A program made the translations under genes and the position numbers. 64,000 bases of DNA from a virus, in the IMG/VR virus record IMGVR_UViG_3300045256_000188, positions 1 to 64,000 of that record, one strand, 5' to 3'. Under the pieces are notes generated by a model that was not told the origin of the DNA, ran no database searches, and was given only the letters and a program-made list of their open reading frames with translations. Of the stretch, positions 1-9,534 are shown piece by piece (position 1 is the first letter of the stretch; every line of letters starts with the position of its first letter).

Positions 1-58
1 TTGGGGGGGGGGGGGGGGGGGGGGGGCCCCCCCCCACCGGCCCGCCCGACCCGTCGCT

Positions 59-544
59 TTAGCTTTGCCTGCAGATTCCGTCCTTACATTCCGGCTTATC
101 GCAGGTCTTGGGGTCGCACTCAGTTTCCCCGGCGACGTCACATGGGCACAGACCATTACAGCAGCCGTGGTAGTCGATCGGCTCTTCGAGTTCCCAGCCG
201 TCCTCCTGAGCAGAGCCAACGATACAGTCGATCTTGTGGCCGTCCCGCAGGTCGAGGTCCGTCTCTACGTAGACGGTGGCGACCTCCCCGATCGGGTCAT
301 AGGTCACATCCTGGACCACGCCCTCGATCTCGGCCTTGTCGTCCGCCCGCCGTACGCAGGTGGTGATGTAGACGTTCTCCCCCGCGCGGGGCACCACGAC
401 TTGTTTCTCAGCTTCGAACTCCAACTTGGCCGTGCCGTCATGGGTGACGACCAGAACCTTGTAGACGACGGTGCGCATCGGAGACTCCTGCGGAACGATG
501 ATTGTTTCGACGCCGAACAGTTTCCGTAGCCAGACCTTCAACAT
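59..544 (-). CDS. Hypothetical protein with Cys-rich C-terminus
   Basis: 161-aa ORF with GAGGGG RBS before the ATG; C-terminal GCCNGLCPC...C..C...C cluster. Confidence 0.6.
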   Translation of the reverse strand: MLKVWLRKLFGVETIIVPQESPMRTVVYKVLVVTHDGTAKLEFEAEKQVVVPRAGENVYITTCVRRADDKAEIEGVVQDVTYDPIGEVATVYVETDLDLRDGHKIDCIVGSAQEDGWELEEPIDYHGCCNGLCPCDVAGETECDPKTCDKPECKDGICRQS

Positions 545-658
545 GACGGCCCCTCCGTTTGGTTCTCTTTATTTTAGCTCCGGGAAAGCGTAGTTGAACT
601 GTTACTGCCCCTCCCCGAAGACGGGTAGCTAAGGCGAAAGATTAATCAGGAGGGAATC

Positions 659-1471
659 ATGCGGAAGGGGCGAGGAGACGAACCTCTCGCAACCTATTTG
701 CGAGAGATCAATGAAGTCCCGCTCCTGAACCGAGAACAGGAGCAGGACTTAGCTCGTCGTATCCAGGATGGAGACATGGAGGCTCGCGACTTACTCATCC
801 GTTCGAATCTTCGTCTCGTCGTCAACATCGCCCGCAATTATTACGGCCGTGGGATCGCTATGGCTGATCTCATCGAAGACGGGAACCTCGGCCTCATCCG
901 AGCCGCAGAAGGCTACGACATCAGTTATGGCACCCGCTTTTCCACCTATGCCTCCTTCTGGATCAAGCAGAGTATCAAGAGGGCGATGGCCAACACCTGC
1001 AGGACTATCCGCCTTCCAGCCTATCTAGTTGAACTCCTGACTAAATGGAACAAGGCCAAGAACGCCCTCACCATCCCAGGCCAACCAAAACCGACGGAAG
1101 CCCAAATCGCTAAAAAAGCCGGCATCACCAAGAAGCAACAACGTCTACTCAAGAAGGCCCAGCACCTCCAACAGGTCACCACCACACCAAATCAGCAAGA
1201 AGATGGTGGCGATATCCTCGACATGGTGGCGATCGACCAAACCGAGCGACTTTATTCAGCCGACGAGATCGAGATTCTGCTGAAGTTCGTGGGCAAGCTC
1301 CCGCCGCAAGAGGCCGACATCATCCGCATGCGGTTCGGTATGGACTGCGACGAGCTTACGCTCAAGGAGATCGGCGAGATCATGGGCGTGACGCGGCAGC
1401 GTATTCGTCAAATCGAAGCAAAGGCAATTGTACGCTTGAAAGAGTGGTTAGCTAGAACGAGCACATTTTAA
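659..1471 (+). CDS. RNA polymerase sigma-70 family factor (RpoD/RpoS-like, Planctomycete-type)
   Basis: Region 1.2 YLREINEVPLL, region 2 NLRLVVNIAR..DLIEDGNLGLIRA..RFSTYASFWIKQSI, region 4 TLKEIGEIMGVTRQRIRQIE; GGAGG RBS. Confidence 0.95.
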   Translation: MRKGRGDEPLATYLREINEVPLLNREQEQDLARRIQDGDMEARDLLIRSNLRLVVNIARNYYGRGIAMADLIEDGNLGLIRAAEGYDISYGTRFSTYASFWIKQSIKRAMANTCRTIRLPAYLVELLTKWNKAKNALTIPGQPKPTEAQIAKKAGITKKQQRLLKKAQHLQQVTTTPNQQEDGGDILDMVAIDQTERLYSADEIEILLKFVGKLPPQEADIIRMRFGMDCDELTLKEIGEIMGVTRQRIRQIEAKAIVRLKEWLARTSTF

Positions 1472-1629
1472 GTTCTTCACACAACCTTCATACTCCGTGC
1501 GACCCGGCTTACTCAAAGCTAGGGCGTTATGACACTTATCGTGCCATAACAAGCTCTGGGGAAGCTCACGCTAAAGGGTCTGCTCGAACATGCTATTCAC
1601 CCCCAAACTGCACCGAAAGGGTTCCTACC

Positions 1630-2496
1630 GTGGCCAACCGAAAGAAGGCTGTTCCGGCTAAGCAGGCCGTGAATACTCAGCAGGAAGCTGCCATCCTGTG
1701 CATGACGGACCTGCACTACGGCAAAAAGACAGATTCCTTCAACCAGGACATCTTCGAGCAAGAGATCCTCCGGCTCACAGAAACGATGCAGTCTCGCCGC
1801 GAAGAATTCGCCGGCCGCAACATCACTGAACTCGTCTGCTGCATCCTTGGGGACATCAACGACGGGTCCGAGATTTATCCGACCCAGCCTCACCACCAAG
1901 TCGAAACGAACGTCGAAGTCCAAGCCGAAGAAATCACCGAGATTCTGACGCCCTTCTTCCAGAAGATGAAGGAAGTCTGGGGTAACGTACGGATCGAGAC
2001 GGTCCCAGGCAACCACGGTCGGAGCGGCCGGTTCGCCCACGACTTCGCCTCGTGGGACACCGTGACCTACAAATACCTCCGCGGAAAACTGGCGAGCGAC
2101 GACATCAAGGTGGGGATCAACAAGGGCGGCACGAACCCATTCCTCAGGAAAGTGAACGTGCTCGGTCACAATTACCTGATGTATCACGGGCACGACATCA
2201 AAATGTTCCAGGGTATCCCCTGGTACGGGATCTGGAACCGGGTGGCAAAGTGGGCCACAACCTCGACGCTGAGCCCGTTCGAAGTAATTATGATGGGCCA
2301 CTTCCACTCGTTCGCGGACAACACGCTGAACAAGATCCGGATTCTGACCAACGGCACGATGATCACCGACGACGATTGGGCTCTGCAGGTGCTCGGTCGT
2401 GAGTCGGACAACAAGTGGCACCTGTTCGGGGTGACCAAGGATAAGGCCGTCGATTGGCAGTACCCGGTTGATCTGGTGACTGGCGGCGGCCACTAA
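1630..2496 (+). CDS. Calcineurin-like metallophosphoesterase
   Basis: Motifs TDLHYG, LGDINDG, PGNHGR, YHGH, MGHFHS. Confidence 0.9.
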   Translation: MANRKKAVPAKQAVNTQQEAAILCMTDLHYGKKTDSFNQDIFEQEILRLTETMQSRREEFAGRNITELVCCILGDINDGSEIYPTQPHHQVETNVEVQAEEITEILTPFFQKMKEVWGNVRIETVPGNHGRSGRFAHDFASWDTVTYKYLRGKLASDDIKVGINKGGTNPFLRKVNVLGHNYLMYHGHDIKMFQGIPWYGIWNRVAKWATTSTLSPFEVIMMGHFHSFADNTLNKIRILTNGTMITDDDWALQVLGRESDNKWHLFGVTKDKAVDWQYPVDLVTGGGH

Positions 2497-2506
2497 GGAA
2501 TCGATC

Positions 2507-2848
2507 ATGACCCCTGACATGGTGAACGAACTCTTCGAATTCGTGGGCGGGCTGTTTCTCTGCCTGAACTGCTGGCGAATCCACAAGGATAAGCAGCTAA
2601 AGGGTGTGAGCTTCTGGTCCGTCTTCTTCTTTACGTCCTGGAACCTGTTCTTCTACCCCTCCATGGAGGCGTACTACAGCTTCTACGGAGGAATCCTGAT
2701 CGCCCTCGCCAACACCGTATGGATCGGGTTGGTGATATATTATAAAGTTCACAAACCTGCTTCGCCCAAAGATTGGGTAAAGCTGGCTCCGAGAGCACCG
2801 GAGCCAATCGTCGTGTGCCCTCGGTCCCTACTGGTGTACTATGCATAA
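2507..2848 (+). CDS. PQ-loop/SemiSWEET-like small membrane protein
   Basis: Three hydrophobic segments with IHKDKQLKGVS motif; AAGGA RBS. Confidence 0.65.
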   Translation: MTPDMVNELFEFVGGLFLCLNCWRIHKDKQLKGVSFWSVFFFTSWNLFFYPSMEAYYSFYGGILIALANTVWIGLVIYYKVHKPASPKDWVKLAPRAPEPIVVCPRSLLVYYA

Positions 2849-5384
2849 CGATTTCTGCACAGTAGTGGTCGTGGCGGAAGAAGGGGCAAAGCAGCTAGAA
2901 TTCTTCCTCCAGAACTACCGAAAGTGCTATCCCAAGGCTCCACTCCACGTCATTAGCGATGGCGTGAATGACCCAGAATATTCCAAGCTCTGCAAGAAGT
3001 ACAACGCTGACTACACCCTCGGCCGCTACTACAAGCGGATCGAATGTGGCGGTCTATGGTGGAAGCGGACCCTGGAAGTCGGGCTCAAGTATGGCAAGAA
3101 GTGGATCTTGAAGGTAGACCCCGACACCAAGTTCTGGCGGCCATTCAAAACGGCTCCCAAGCACCCGGTATCCGGCACCCACAACAACATCGGCAACCCC
3201 CACGAATACATCCAGGGCGGATGTCAGGCTATCCGCAAGGACATCGCCAAGAAAATCCTCGACTCCGGCATCCTGGCCAGCGACGAACTAACCAAGCACT
3301 GGAACTTCTGCCCAGATAAGAAGTTCCTGAACTCCTGGCTGCCCACCGGCTACTTCACCACCGATTTCTCCCTCGTCTTCATCCTCCGCAAGCTGGGGAT
3401 CGAGTTCGGTGATTGGACCGACGTCGGCTGTCAGTGGCGAGTCGCTCCACCCAACTTCGACGGCACCTACGCCGTTACCCACCCACACAAGGTCGCCGAC
3501 CACAAGCCGGTCGGGGTGACGGACAAGACGCCCATCACCATCATCACCACCTGCAAGGGCCGCAAGCACCATCTGGAGCAGACACTCCCGAAGTGGCTCA
3601 AAGAAAAGAACGTCAACGTCGTGGTCGTCGATTACAACTGCCCGCAGAACGTCGGCAATTGGGTAGAGAAGACCTACCCAGGAGTGCGGGTTGCTCGCGT
3701 CCACAATGAGCGGAAATTCCATCTCGCCAAAGCCCGAAACGTCGGTGCCAAGTACGCCCCAGCCGGCTGGTGGGTGTTCATGGATGCCGACATGATCGTG
3801 AAACCGGGTATCATGGACGAGATCCGCAAGGTACTCACCAAGGGCTATTATTACGTCGCCAGTCCACTCAAATGGGGGATGTGCGGTACTGTGGTGGTCC
3901 ACAGCGAGGACTACAAGAAGGCCGGTGGCTACGATGAGATCCTGTCGGGTTGGGGTGCTGAGGATCTCGACTTCTACGCTCGTCTCCGCCAGATGAACGT
4001 TCGCCCGGCGTTCTGGAATGGAACCTACGCTGAGAACATCCCGCATTCCGACGAGGAGCGTGTGAAGTTCTACGATAAGGCCAAGGAAGTGGCCCTAGTC
4101 CAGAACGGCAAGTACGTGCGAGCCAAGAACAAGCTTATGGTCAAGAACTGGAAGCTCTTGACCCTAGATGAGCGGAAGGCTCTGTGGGCTGATATCGTGG
4201 GCGATAATCAACCGAAAGCGGCACCGCCATCGAAGGGGAAGGCGAACCCAAAAACTGGCACCCACAAGTGCAAGTTCGAGATCAAGTTCGAGTGTGGCAA
4301 CTGCGGTCACAAGAGCACCTGCCGAGCGACGGTAGTATGCACTAACGAAGACTGTCCGAATAACCACTACCCGTGCGGACCTGGGGTGGTATCGAAGCCT
4401 GAGGACAAGTCGGGCGTTCCGGCCGACTTCTTCGGGAAGATCGACAAGAAGGGGGATGATCGAGCGGCGAGCTCTACCTCTTTCGAAACCGACGATAACC
4501 GGGGCGGTTTCCCCGGCGGCCACCACCACTCTCACGGTGGCCATCACTTCGCAGGCGGTGGACACCACGCAGGTGGGTCGCTGTCCCGCGGCAGCGGTGG
4601 CCACACCGGGGCGGTGGTGGGCACTGGTGGTTTTTACATCCCTCCACCCATTGTGAGGAAGCCGATGACGAACATCAGCGTCGTGAACCACTCGACCATC
4701 CACCTTGGTATGAGCCTGGAAGAACTGTGCCGGGTGGGGATGGACTACCTAGAACTCTTGGCCCAGTTCTGGCCAGGAGTCCAGGCGAATCTGATCCCGA
4801 CCAAGGTGATCCTGCCGAACACCCACGCCCTGGTCATCATGGACGATCCAGACCAGAACCAGCAACTGCTTGGTTATCGCGATCAAACCCCGGACGGGTT
4901 CCCACTGGCGAAGTGCTTCGCCAAGGCGGAGATGGTCGAAGGAGTACCGGTGACCGTGACCTTCACCCACGAACTCGGCGAGTTCCGGGTGGACCCGAAC
5001 AACAGCAAGAGTGCGGTCAACAGCGATGGGGTTACCCACGCCGTTGAGATTTGCGATCCGGTCGAAGACGACTGGTTCCAGCACAACGGTGTTCAGGTGG
5101 CGAACTTCGTGCTCCCGTCGTGGTACGAGTCGTTCCACAAGACGGGTTCCACCAAGTTCGACTACATGGGCCTTCTGTCCCGGCCATTCTCGATGGCTCC
5201 GGGTGGGTTCACCACGGTCCGGTCTTCGGCCGGGCAGTGGATGCAGGTGCACGGGAGTCACCCGAAGCTGGAAGATCTGGCCGGGAAGGACCAGCGGGAA
5301 TGGCGGGGTGATCTGCGGAAAAACCAGCATCACGCTTCGACGCGGCACGCTCACAACAGCTACCTACGGACTGGCCGCAAGTAA
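2841..5384 (+). CDS. Multidomain glycosyltransferase (GT-A/GT2 + GT7-C-like) with Cys-rich and His/Gly-rich linker and C-terminal zincin-like domain
   Basis: ITTCKGR, VVVDY, KARNVGA, FMDAD, GGYDE..GWGAEDLDF; CGNCGH...C cluster; GGHHHSHGGHH; HELGE..EICDPVE. Confidence 0.75.
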   Translation: MHNDFCTVVVVAEEGAKQLEFFLQNYRKCYPKAPLHVISDGVNDPEYSKLCKKYNADYTLGRYYKRIECGGLWWKRTLEVGLKYGKKWILKVDPDTKFWRPFKTAPKHPVSGTHNNIGNPHEYIQGGCQAIRKDIAKKILDSGILASDELTKHWNFCPDKKFLNSWLPTGYFTTDFSLVFILRKLGIEFGDWTDVGCQWRVAPPNFDGTYAVTHPHKVADHKPVGVTDKTPITIITTCKGRKHHLEQTLPKWLKEKNVNVVVVDYNCPQNVGNWVEKTYPGVRVARVHNERKFHLAKARNVGAKYAPAGWWVFMDADMIVKPGIMDEIRKVLTKGYYYVASPLKWGMCGTVVVHSEDYKKAGGYDEILSGWGAEDLDFYARLRQMNVRPAFWNGTYAENIPHSDEERVKFYDKAKEVALVQNGKYVRAKNKLMVKNWKLLTLDERKALWADIVGDNQPKAAPPSKGKANPKTGTHKCKFEIKFECGNCGHKSTCRATVVCTNEDCPNNHYPCGPGVVSKPEDKSGVPADFFGKIDKKGDDRAASSTSFETDDNRGGFPGGHHHSHGGHHFAGGGHHAGGSLSRGSGGHTGAVVGTGGFYIPPPIVRKPMTNISVVNHSTIHLGMSLEELCRVGMDYLELLAQFWPGVQANLIPTKVILPNTHALVIMDDPDQNQQLLGYRDQTPDGFPLAKCFAKAEMVEGVPVTVTFTHELGEFRVDPNNSKSAVNSDGVTHAVEICDPVEDDWFQHNGVQVANFVLPSWYESFHKTGSTKFDYMGLLSRPFSMAPGGFTTVRSSAGQWMQVHGSHPKLEDLAGKDQREWRGDLRKNQHHASTRHAHNSYLRTGRK

Positions 5385-5435
5385 TCCGGTCTACAGCACT
5401 GCCCGGCGATGAGCCGGGCAGCGTCGTATCCGCGG

Positions 5436-5768
5436 TTAGGCCGCAGCGTACATCTCGACGACTTCGGCTTCCGTGACCGTCTTGCCCACTTCCAGGGCTG
5501 CGGCGTACATCTGCTTGGCGGTGACGCCTTCCGGTAGCTGACGGGCCGCGATGAGGTTCCGGAGCCGCCGCTTGGCGATGAGGCCCGGCTTTCGCATGTT
5601 CTCCGCGGCCATCGCCGCTGGCCGGTGGCAGGACCGGTACAGGGCAATGATCTCCTTGAGCAGTTCCAGAACCAGAGCAATAGTGACCGGGTCCAGGAAC
5701 GCCTCCTGGCCGTCATCCAACCCCTTCGCCTTGAGCATCAGTAGCTTGGCTTTGGCTTCGTAGACCAT
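5436..5768 (-). CDS. Hypothetical protein
   Basis: 110-aa ORF with GAGGGGG RBS. Confidence 0.65.
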   Translation of the reverse strand: MVYEAKAKLLMLKAKGLDDGQEAFLDPVTIALVLELLKEIIALYRSCHRPAAMAAENMRKPGLIAKRRLRNLIAARQLPEGVTAKQMYAAALEVGKTVTEAEVVEMYAAA

Positions 5769-5819
5769 GACTGCCCCCCTCGTGTAAGAGCCACCATATC
5801 TTTGGGAGCGCCTATAGTC

Positions 5820-6104
5820 TCAGATGTGGTACTCCGGTTCCCGCCCCCAAGTCTGCAACAGGTCATAAATCGGGCGGTCACCGTTGATATTGTAGTACAC
5901 GCCAGCCGTGTCGGGGTTTTCGAACTCCTGGAAGAACAGCATGTTGCAATTCTTTGGATACTGCGAGTAATCATACTCGCCAGCGTTCACGGCTGACATA
6001 CTCTTAAGTAGTCTCTCCTTCTCGACGTCGTCGATAACACCGGGATGGAGACACACATAGTGCTGGTGAGTGTGGTGATTCCAGAAGATAATGACGGTGG
6101 TCAT
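5820..6104 (-). CDS. Hypothetical protein
   Basis: 94-aa ORF in a run of co-oriented small genes. Confidence 0.55.
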   Translation of the reverse strand: MTTVIIFWNHHTHQHYVCLHPGVIDDVEKERLLKSMSAVNAGEYDYSQYPKNCNMLFFQEFENPDTAGVYYNINGDRPIYDLLQTWGREPEYHI

Positions 6105-6119
6105 GCCGTCACAACACCG

Positions 6120-6500
6120 TCAGCCGCCGCCATGGATCTTGAGCAACTTCTCACTCATGATCATTGAGTTGACCCGCATGTAGTCGTGGATATCCAACTC
6201 TTCCGGATTCCACTCTTTCATCTGCTCGTGGATGAAAGCGAGGATTTTGGTGACGTGATCGGGGTCGGTATAGGGGAACCGTTGGACCTTCTTGACGCGA
6301 GCAGACGAGGCCACCGCTTCGGCCTCTTTGAAGCCCACGACGACCAGCCCGGCCATGTGGGGGGCGTCGATGCGGATGATCTCGCGAACGCCTCCGTCGT
6401 AAGCGGAGAGCCGAAAAGACCCGCCCTCCGGCATAGTGATGCCAGCTTTGACTGCGGCGAGAGCGTTATCGGCGATCGATGGTGTGGTTTCGTCAGTCAT
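6120..6500 (-). CDS. Hypothetical protein
   Basis: 126-aa ORF, AAGGAG RBS. Confidence 0.65.
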   Translation of the reverse strand: MTDETTPSIADNALAAVKAGITMPEGGSFRLSAYDGGVREIIRIDAPHMAGLVVVGFKEAEAVASSARVKKVQRFPYTDPDHVTKILAFIHEQMKEWNPEELDIHDYMRVNSMIMSEKLLKIHGGG

Positions 6501-6528
6501 GGGGTTCTCCTTTGCTCCTATATACAGC

Positions 6529-6556
6529 AGAACCCGCCGAACGGCCAGCGGGTTCT
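6529..6556 (-). terminator. Intrinsic terminator-like hairpin
   Basis: agaacccgc...gcgggttct inverted repeat just downstream of the 6571..7035 gene. Confidence 0.5.
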
Positions 6557-6570
6557 CAGACTGTCACTCC

Positions 6571-7035
6571 TTACTTGGCAGGCGACGGCGTGATCGGCCA
6601 CAGAATGAAGCTGCCGGGCTGGATACCGGCCTCGATGTAGTAGTTCCCGGATGGGATGTTGCCCTGGCTTTGGATCGTCAGCGGCTGCTGACCGGGGTAG
6701 GCCGACGTGACCGGCTGGCCCTGCACTACGGGCTGGCTCATCACGACGCCGTTCTGGATCGGCTGGCTGTAGGTGTAGCTCGGCTGCTGGAACTCGCCGA
6801 TGACGACGGGGCAGCCGGTGGCGGAACACTCGCCGACCGAAGCTGGGGCCGACTGGCCCACGAACCCGCTGAAGCCAAACCCGCCGCAGGACGAGCGGAC
6901 GAAGCCCCCGCTCGTAAACGCCGGCTGGGAGCTACCGCAGCCGCCCTTGCTCTTCCGACCGAACGCCTGGGCGTCGGTACTCGTGGCCAGAACAGCCGCG
7001 ACCGCCAGCCCGAAAATCAGTCCACGCATCTCCAT
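6571..7035 (-). CDS. Secreted low-complexity protein (Planctomycete-style signal peptide)
   Basis: MRGLIFGLAVAAVLATSTDAQA|FGRKSKGGCG signal peptide; Gly/Cys- then Gln/Pro-rich; AAGGAGG RBS. Confidence 0.7.
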   Translation of the reverse strand: MEMRGLIFGLAVAAVLATSTDAQAFGRKSKGGCGSSQPAFTSGGFVRSSCGGFGFSGFVGQSAPASVGECSATGCPVVIGEFQQPSYTYSQPIQNGVVMSQPVVQGQPVTSAYPGQQPLTIQSQGNIPSGNYYIEAGIQPGSFILWPITPSPAK

Positions 7036-7094
7036 CGACCTCCTTGGTGATCCCGCACTCCTATCGTGCGGAACGACTTAAATACAGGAGGACG

Positions 7095-7364
7095 TCAGAT
7101 CTCGACAGGTGTACGTCCGGCTCGGCGTTTGGACTTGATGAAGGGATTGCGAGAACAGGGCAGTCTGCGGGCTTCGGCTTTGGTGGGAGCTAACGGGATC
7201 GTGTGCTTGACGGGAACTGCTGTGACGTGACGGGCGAGTCTGGTGTCCGGCCACCGGTAGAAGACCGACGTGCCGATTTCGATGTGATTCTTACATACCC
7301 AGCACTTACGCGGCTGGTCCAGGACCGCGACGGGTCCTTCTTTTGGAAGTCGAGAGATCACCAT
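7095..7364 (-). CDS. Small hypothetical protein with CxxC
   Basis: KCWVCKNHI motif; AAGGA RBS. Confidence 0.5.
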   Translation of the reverse strand: MVISRLPKEGPVAVLDQPRKCWVCKNHIEIGTSVFYRWPDTRLARHVTAVPVKHTIPLAPTKAEARRLPCSRNPFIKSKRRAGRTPVEI

Positions 7365-7611
7365 GATTATTCCTTACGGCGAGATCGATAGCCTCTTGGG
7401 GAGTCCGACCGAAATAATACCGGGCGTTGCCAATCCGGAATCTGTAACAGTCGCCGTCTGCCAGGAGTCCGCGAATGGTCGCTATCTCAGCGTCGGACAG
7501 CAAGCTTCTCAGATGAAGGACAACGCTGTTGACGTCTGAGTTCGGGCTGAGCCGATCCAGGTGCCACGAGCGAAGATTGTCTGGAATTGTCACCTTCATA
7601 TGTGCAGCCAC
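7306..7611 (-). CDS. Hypothetical protein
   Basis: 101-aa ORF, overlaps the next gene. Confidence 0.45.
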   Translation of the reverse strand: MAAHMKVTIPDNLRSWHLDRLSPNSDVNSVVLHLRSLLSDAEIATIRGLLADGDCYRFRIGNARYYFGRTPQEAIDLAVRNNHGDLSTSKRRTRRGPGPAA

Positions 7612-7674
7612 TTTTTCACTTCCGTCAATACTTGATCGTCGAAAGTCGGATCGGCATATTCAAAACGGGCCGCG

Positions 7675-7889
7675 TCAGCCGGCAGTCGATCGACATGACG
7701 GCCGGGGAGAAAGAGCGGGGGACGATGGAGACCCTACTCATCAGCTCGGCCGAGCGGACCGAGATCGTGGCCGGCAAGTTCGCCGCCACCACCGGGTTCG
7801 CGTTCGCCTCGGTGGTGTGGAACGTCCTGTGGATCACCGGCGGGTTGCGGTTTTCGTGGAAAACGAGGACTGACTTCTGCTCATCTTAG
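7675..7889 (+). pseudogene. Fragment of host ABC-2/NatB-type permease gene
   Basis: SIDMTAGEKERGTMETLLISSAERTEIVAGKF matches the conserved ABC-2 permease motif; the rest of the gene is absent. Confidence 0.7.
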
Positions 7890-7895
7890 CACGGA

Positions 7896-8477
7896 CTAGC
7901 GGCAGCGGCCCGTGGTGCAGACCGGGTAACGATAGATCGGCGGGGCGGACGGGATCGCTTCCATCATGGGAATCCCGTCCTTGAGGTAGCACCTGTACAG
8001 GCCGGGGGCAAGGCCGGCGTACCCGGCGGCTACCCGGCAGTCGCACGGACCGTCCCCCTCGCCGACCCGCAAGACGCCCGACTTGCCCTGGCGGACCGAA
8101 GCGAGAAACGCCGAGTACCGGTCGGTGTCAGTCGGGTTCCGCTTCGGCGCGGAAGATTTTAAGGCGACGGCCACCTTTTCGGCCAAATCTTTCGCCTGGT
8201 CGGCACAGTTCTTCCCGGGCGTCTCACACCGACCAGCCGACAGGGCCAAGGCGACACGGACTCTCGTTTCGGTGCCGTCGGCGGTCGGGTTCCGCTTCGG
8301 CACGGGAGATTTTAAGGCGACGGCCACCTTTTCGGCTAAATCTTTCGCCGGGTCGGCACAGTTCGTCTCACACTGGCAAGCCGACAGGGCCAAGGCGACA
8401 CGGACTCTCGTTTCGGTGTCGTCGGCGGTCAGGGGGGCGGCCGATAGCAGGGCGACAGTCAGGGCAAGCGTCTTCAT
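7896..8477 (-). CDS. Secreted protein with internal tandem duplication
   Basis: Signal peptide; TETRVRVALALSA..CET..NCAD.AKDLAEKVAVALKS..PKRNPT present twice; CTTGRCR tail. Confidence 0.7.
   Translation of the reverse strand: MKTLALTVALLSAAPLTADDTETRVRVALALSACQCETNCADPAKDLAEKVAVALKSPVPKRNPTADGTETRVRVALALSAGRCETPGKNCADQAKDLAEKVAVALKSSAPKRNPTDTDRYSAFLASVRQGKSGVLRVGEGDGPCDCRVAAGYAGLAPGLYRCYLKDGIPMMEAIPSAPPIYRYPVCTTGRCR
8130..8420. repeat. ~140-bp direct repeat x2 inside the 7896..8477 gene
   Basis: gtcgggttccgcttcggc...gattttaaggcgacggccaccttttcggc...gacagggccaaggcgacacggactctcgtttcggtg occurs twice. Confidence 0.85.
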
Positions 8478-8488
8478 TTTTCACCTCG

Positions 8489-9532
8489 TTAACGTGTCAG
8501 GGCGAATAGCGTCTCCGGCCGCAAACGAACGGCGAAGAACGGGGGCCGGCGGGCCGGGAACCCCACCGCGTCCGACAGGGCGTAGCTGTCCCCCTGGGCG
8601 ACCATGCGTTCAACCGTCTGGGCGTCCGCCCAGAACCCAGCGGGCGGCTGGTCGGGCGGGTAAACCGGGCCGGTGTGGGCCCGGTCGCCCCAACTGTTCA
8701 GGACGAAAGCCCCGTCCCTCGGAGTGCTCCGGACGCCGATGATCGCCATGCAGTGGTACCATGTCCCGGACGGCCTGGCAAACCCGTCCCGGTCCCGGGT
8801 CATGGTGAACCCTTGGTCCGAACAGACGGCCACCGGGTACCCCTGGGCGATCGCTCGCTTGACATCCGTCCAGGAGCGGACGAGGGCCGCCCCCTTGACC
8901 GGCGACTCCTTTGCCACGGTCTCGATCTCGTCGGGCACGCCCCGGGCCCCGAACACCCTGGCCCGGTACGGGTCGAACGTGGACAAGTCGATAGACCCGA
9001 CCTTCTCCATCGGGACGACGCCGTACCGGCTCACCCACTTCGCGGCCCACGCCCCGACCGACCCGTCGCCACGGATTCGCCCGCCGCCGATCTCGACGCG
9101 AGACCCGCCGTAGATCACCTCGGCGGACACCGGCTTCCACGCCGCCTCTTGGCCGGACAAGATTTGGTTGGCGAGCAGGATGTCAACCGCGTGCTTGAAC
9201 CCGCACCCGACGCAACAGCCCACGTCCCTCTGGTTGATGTTCGGGTAACTGTTTTCGGGCAAACCTGCGACACTGCGGACGCCGCGCCAGAGGAACGCTT
9301 CGGCGTACCCCTGGGCAGACTTCCCGGCCGGCGTGTCCGCGAAGTCCGGGATGGCGGACGCCTTGACCGTCTCTTCGACGGCGGCGGGATCCGGGACCCA
9401 GCCGGTCGCGGGGACGAAACCGAGCGCCGTTATGTCCTCGTCACTGGTTTTGCGGGCCGGCAGGAACGACAGGGCGACGCCGACAAGAATGCCGACGAGG
9501 AACACGATTACGTACTGGCGAAGGTGCGTCAT
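8489..9532 (-). CDS. Membrane-anchored papain-like (C1) cysteine peptidase
   Basis: N-terminal TM; NQRDVGCCVG (Gln/Cys), WYHCMAIIG (His), LNSWG (Asn). Confidence 0.8.
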   Translation of the reverse strand: MTHLRQYVIVFLVGILVGVALSFLPARKTSDEDITALGFVPATGWVPDPAAVEETVKASAIPDFADTPAGKSAQGYAEAFLWRGVRSVAGLPENSYPNINQRDVGCCVGCGFKHAVDILLANQILSGQEAAWKPVSAEVIYGGSRVEIGGGRIRGDGSVGAWAAKWVSRYGVVPMEKVGSIDLSTFDPYRARVFGARGVPDEIETVAKESPVKGAALVRSWTDVKRAIAQGYPVAVCSDQGFTMTRDRDGFARPSGTWYHCMAIIGVRSTPRDGAFVLNSWGDRAHTGPVYPPDQPPAGFWADAQTVERMVAQGDSYALSDAVGFPARRPPFFAVRLRPETLFALTR

Positions 9533-9534
9533 GA

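Noticed and set aside
1-50. G-run/C-run at the window start and ORF 1..366
   Set aside because: Low-complexity edge sequence, likely an artefact or hairpin end; the ORF is a shadow of 59..544.
1597-2586. Long antisense ORFs over real genes (also 3288..4046, 8675..9799, 17589..18881, 22374..23966, 26403..27413, 44771..45580)
   Set aside because: Expected shadows of GC3-rich coding; no motifs or RBS, unlike 41331..42311, which has a coherent domain structure.
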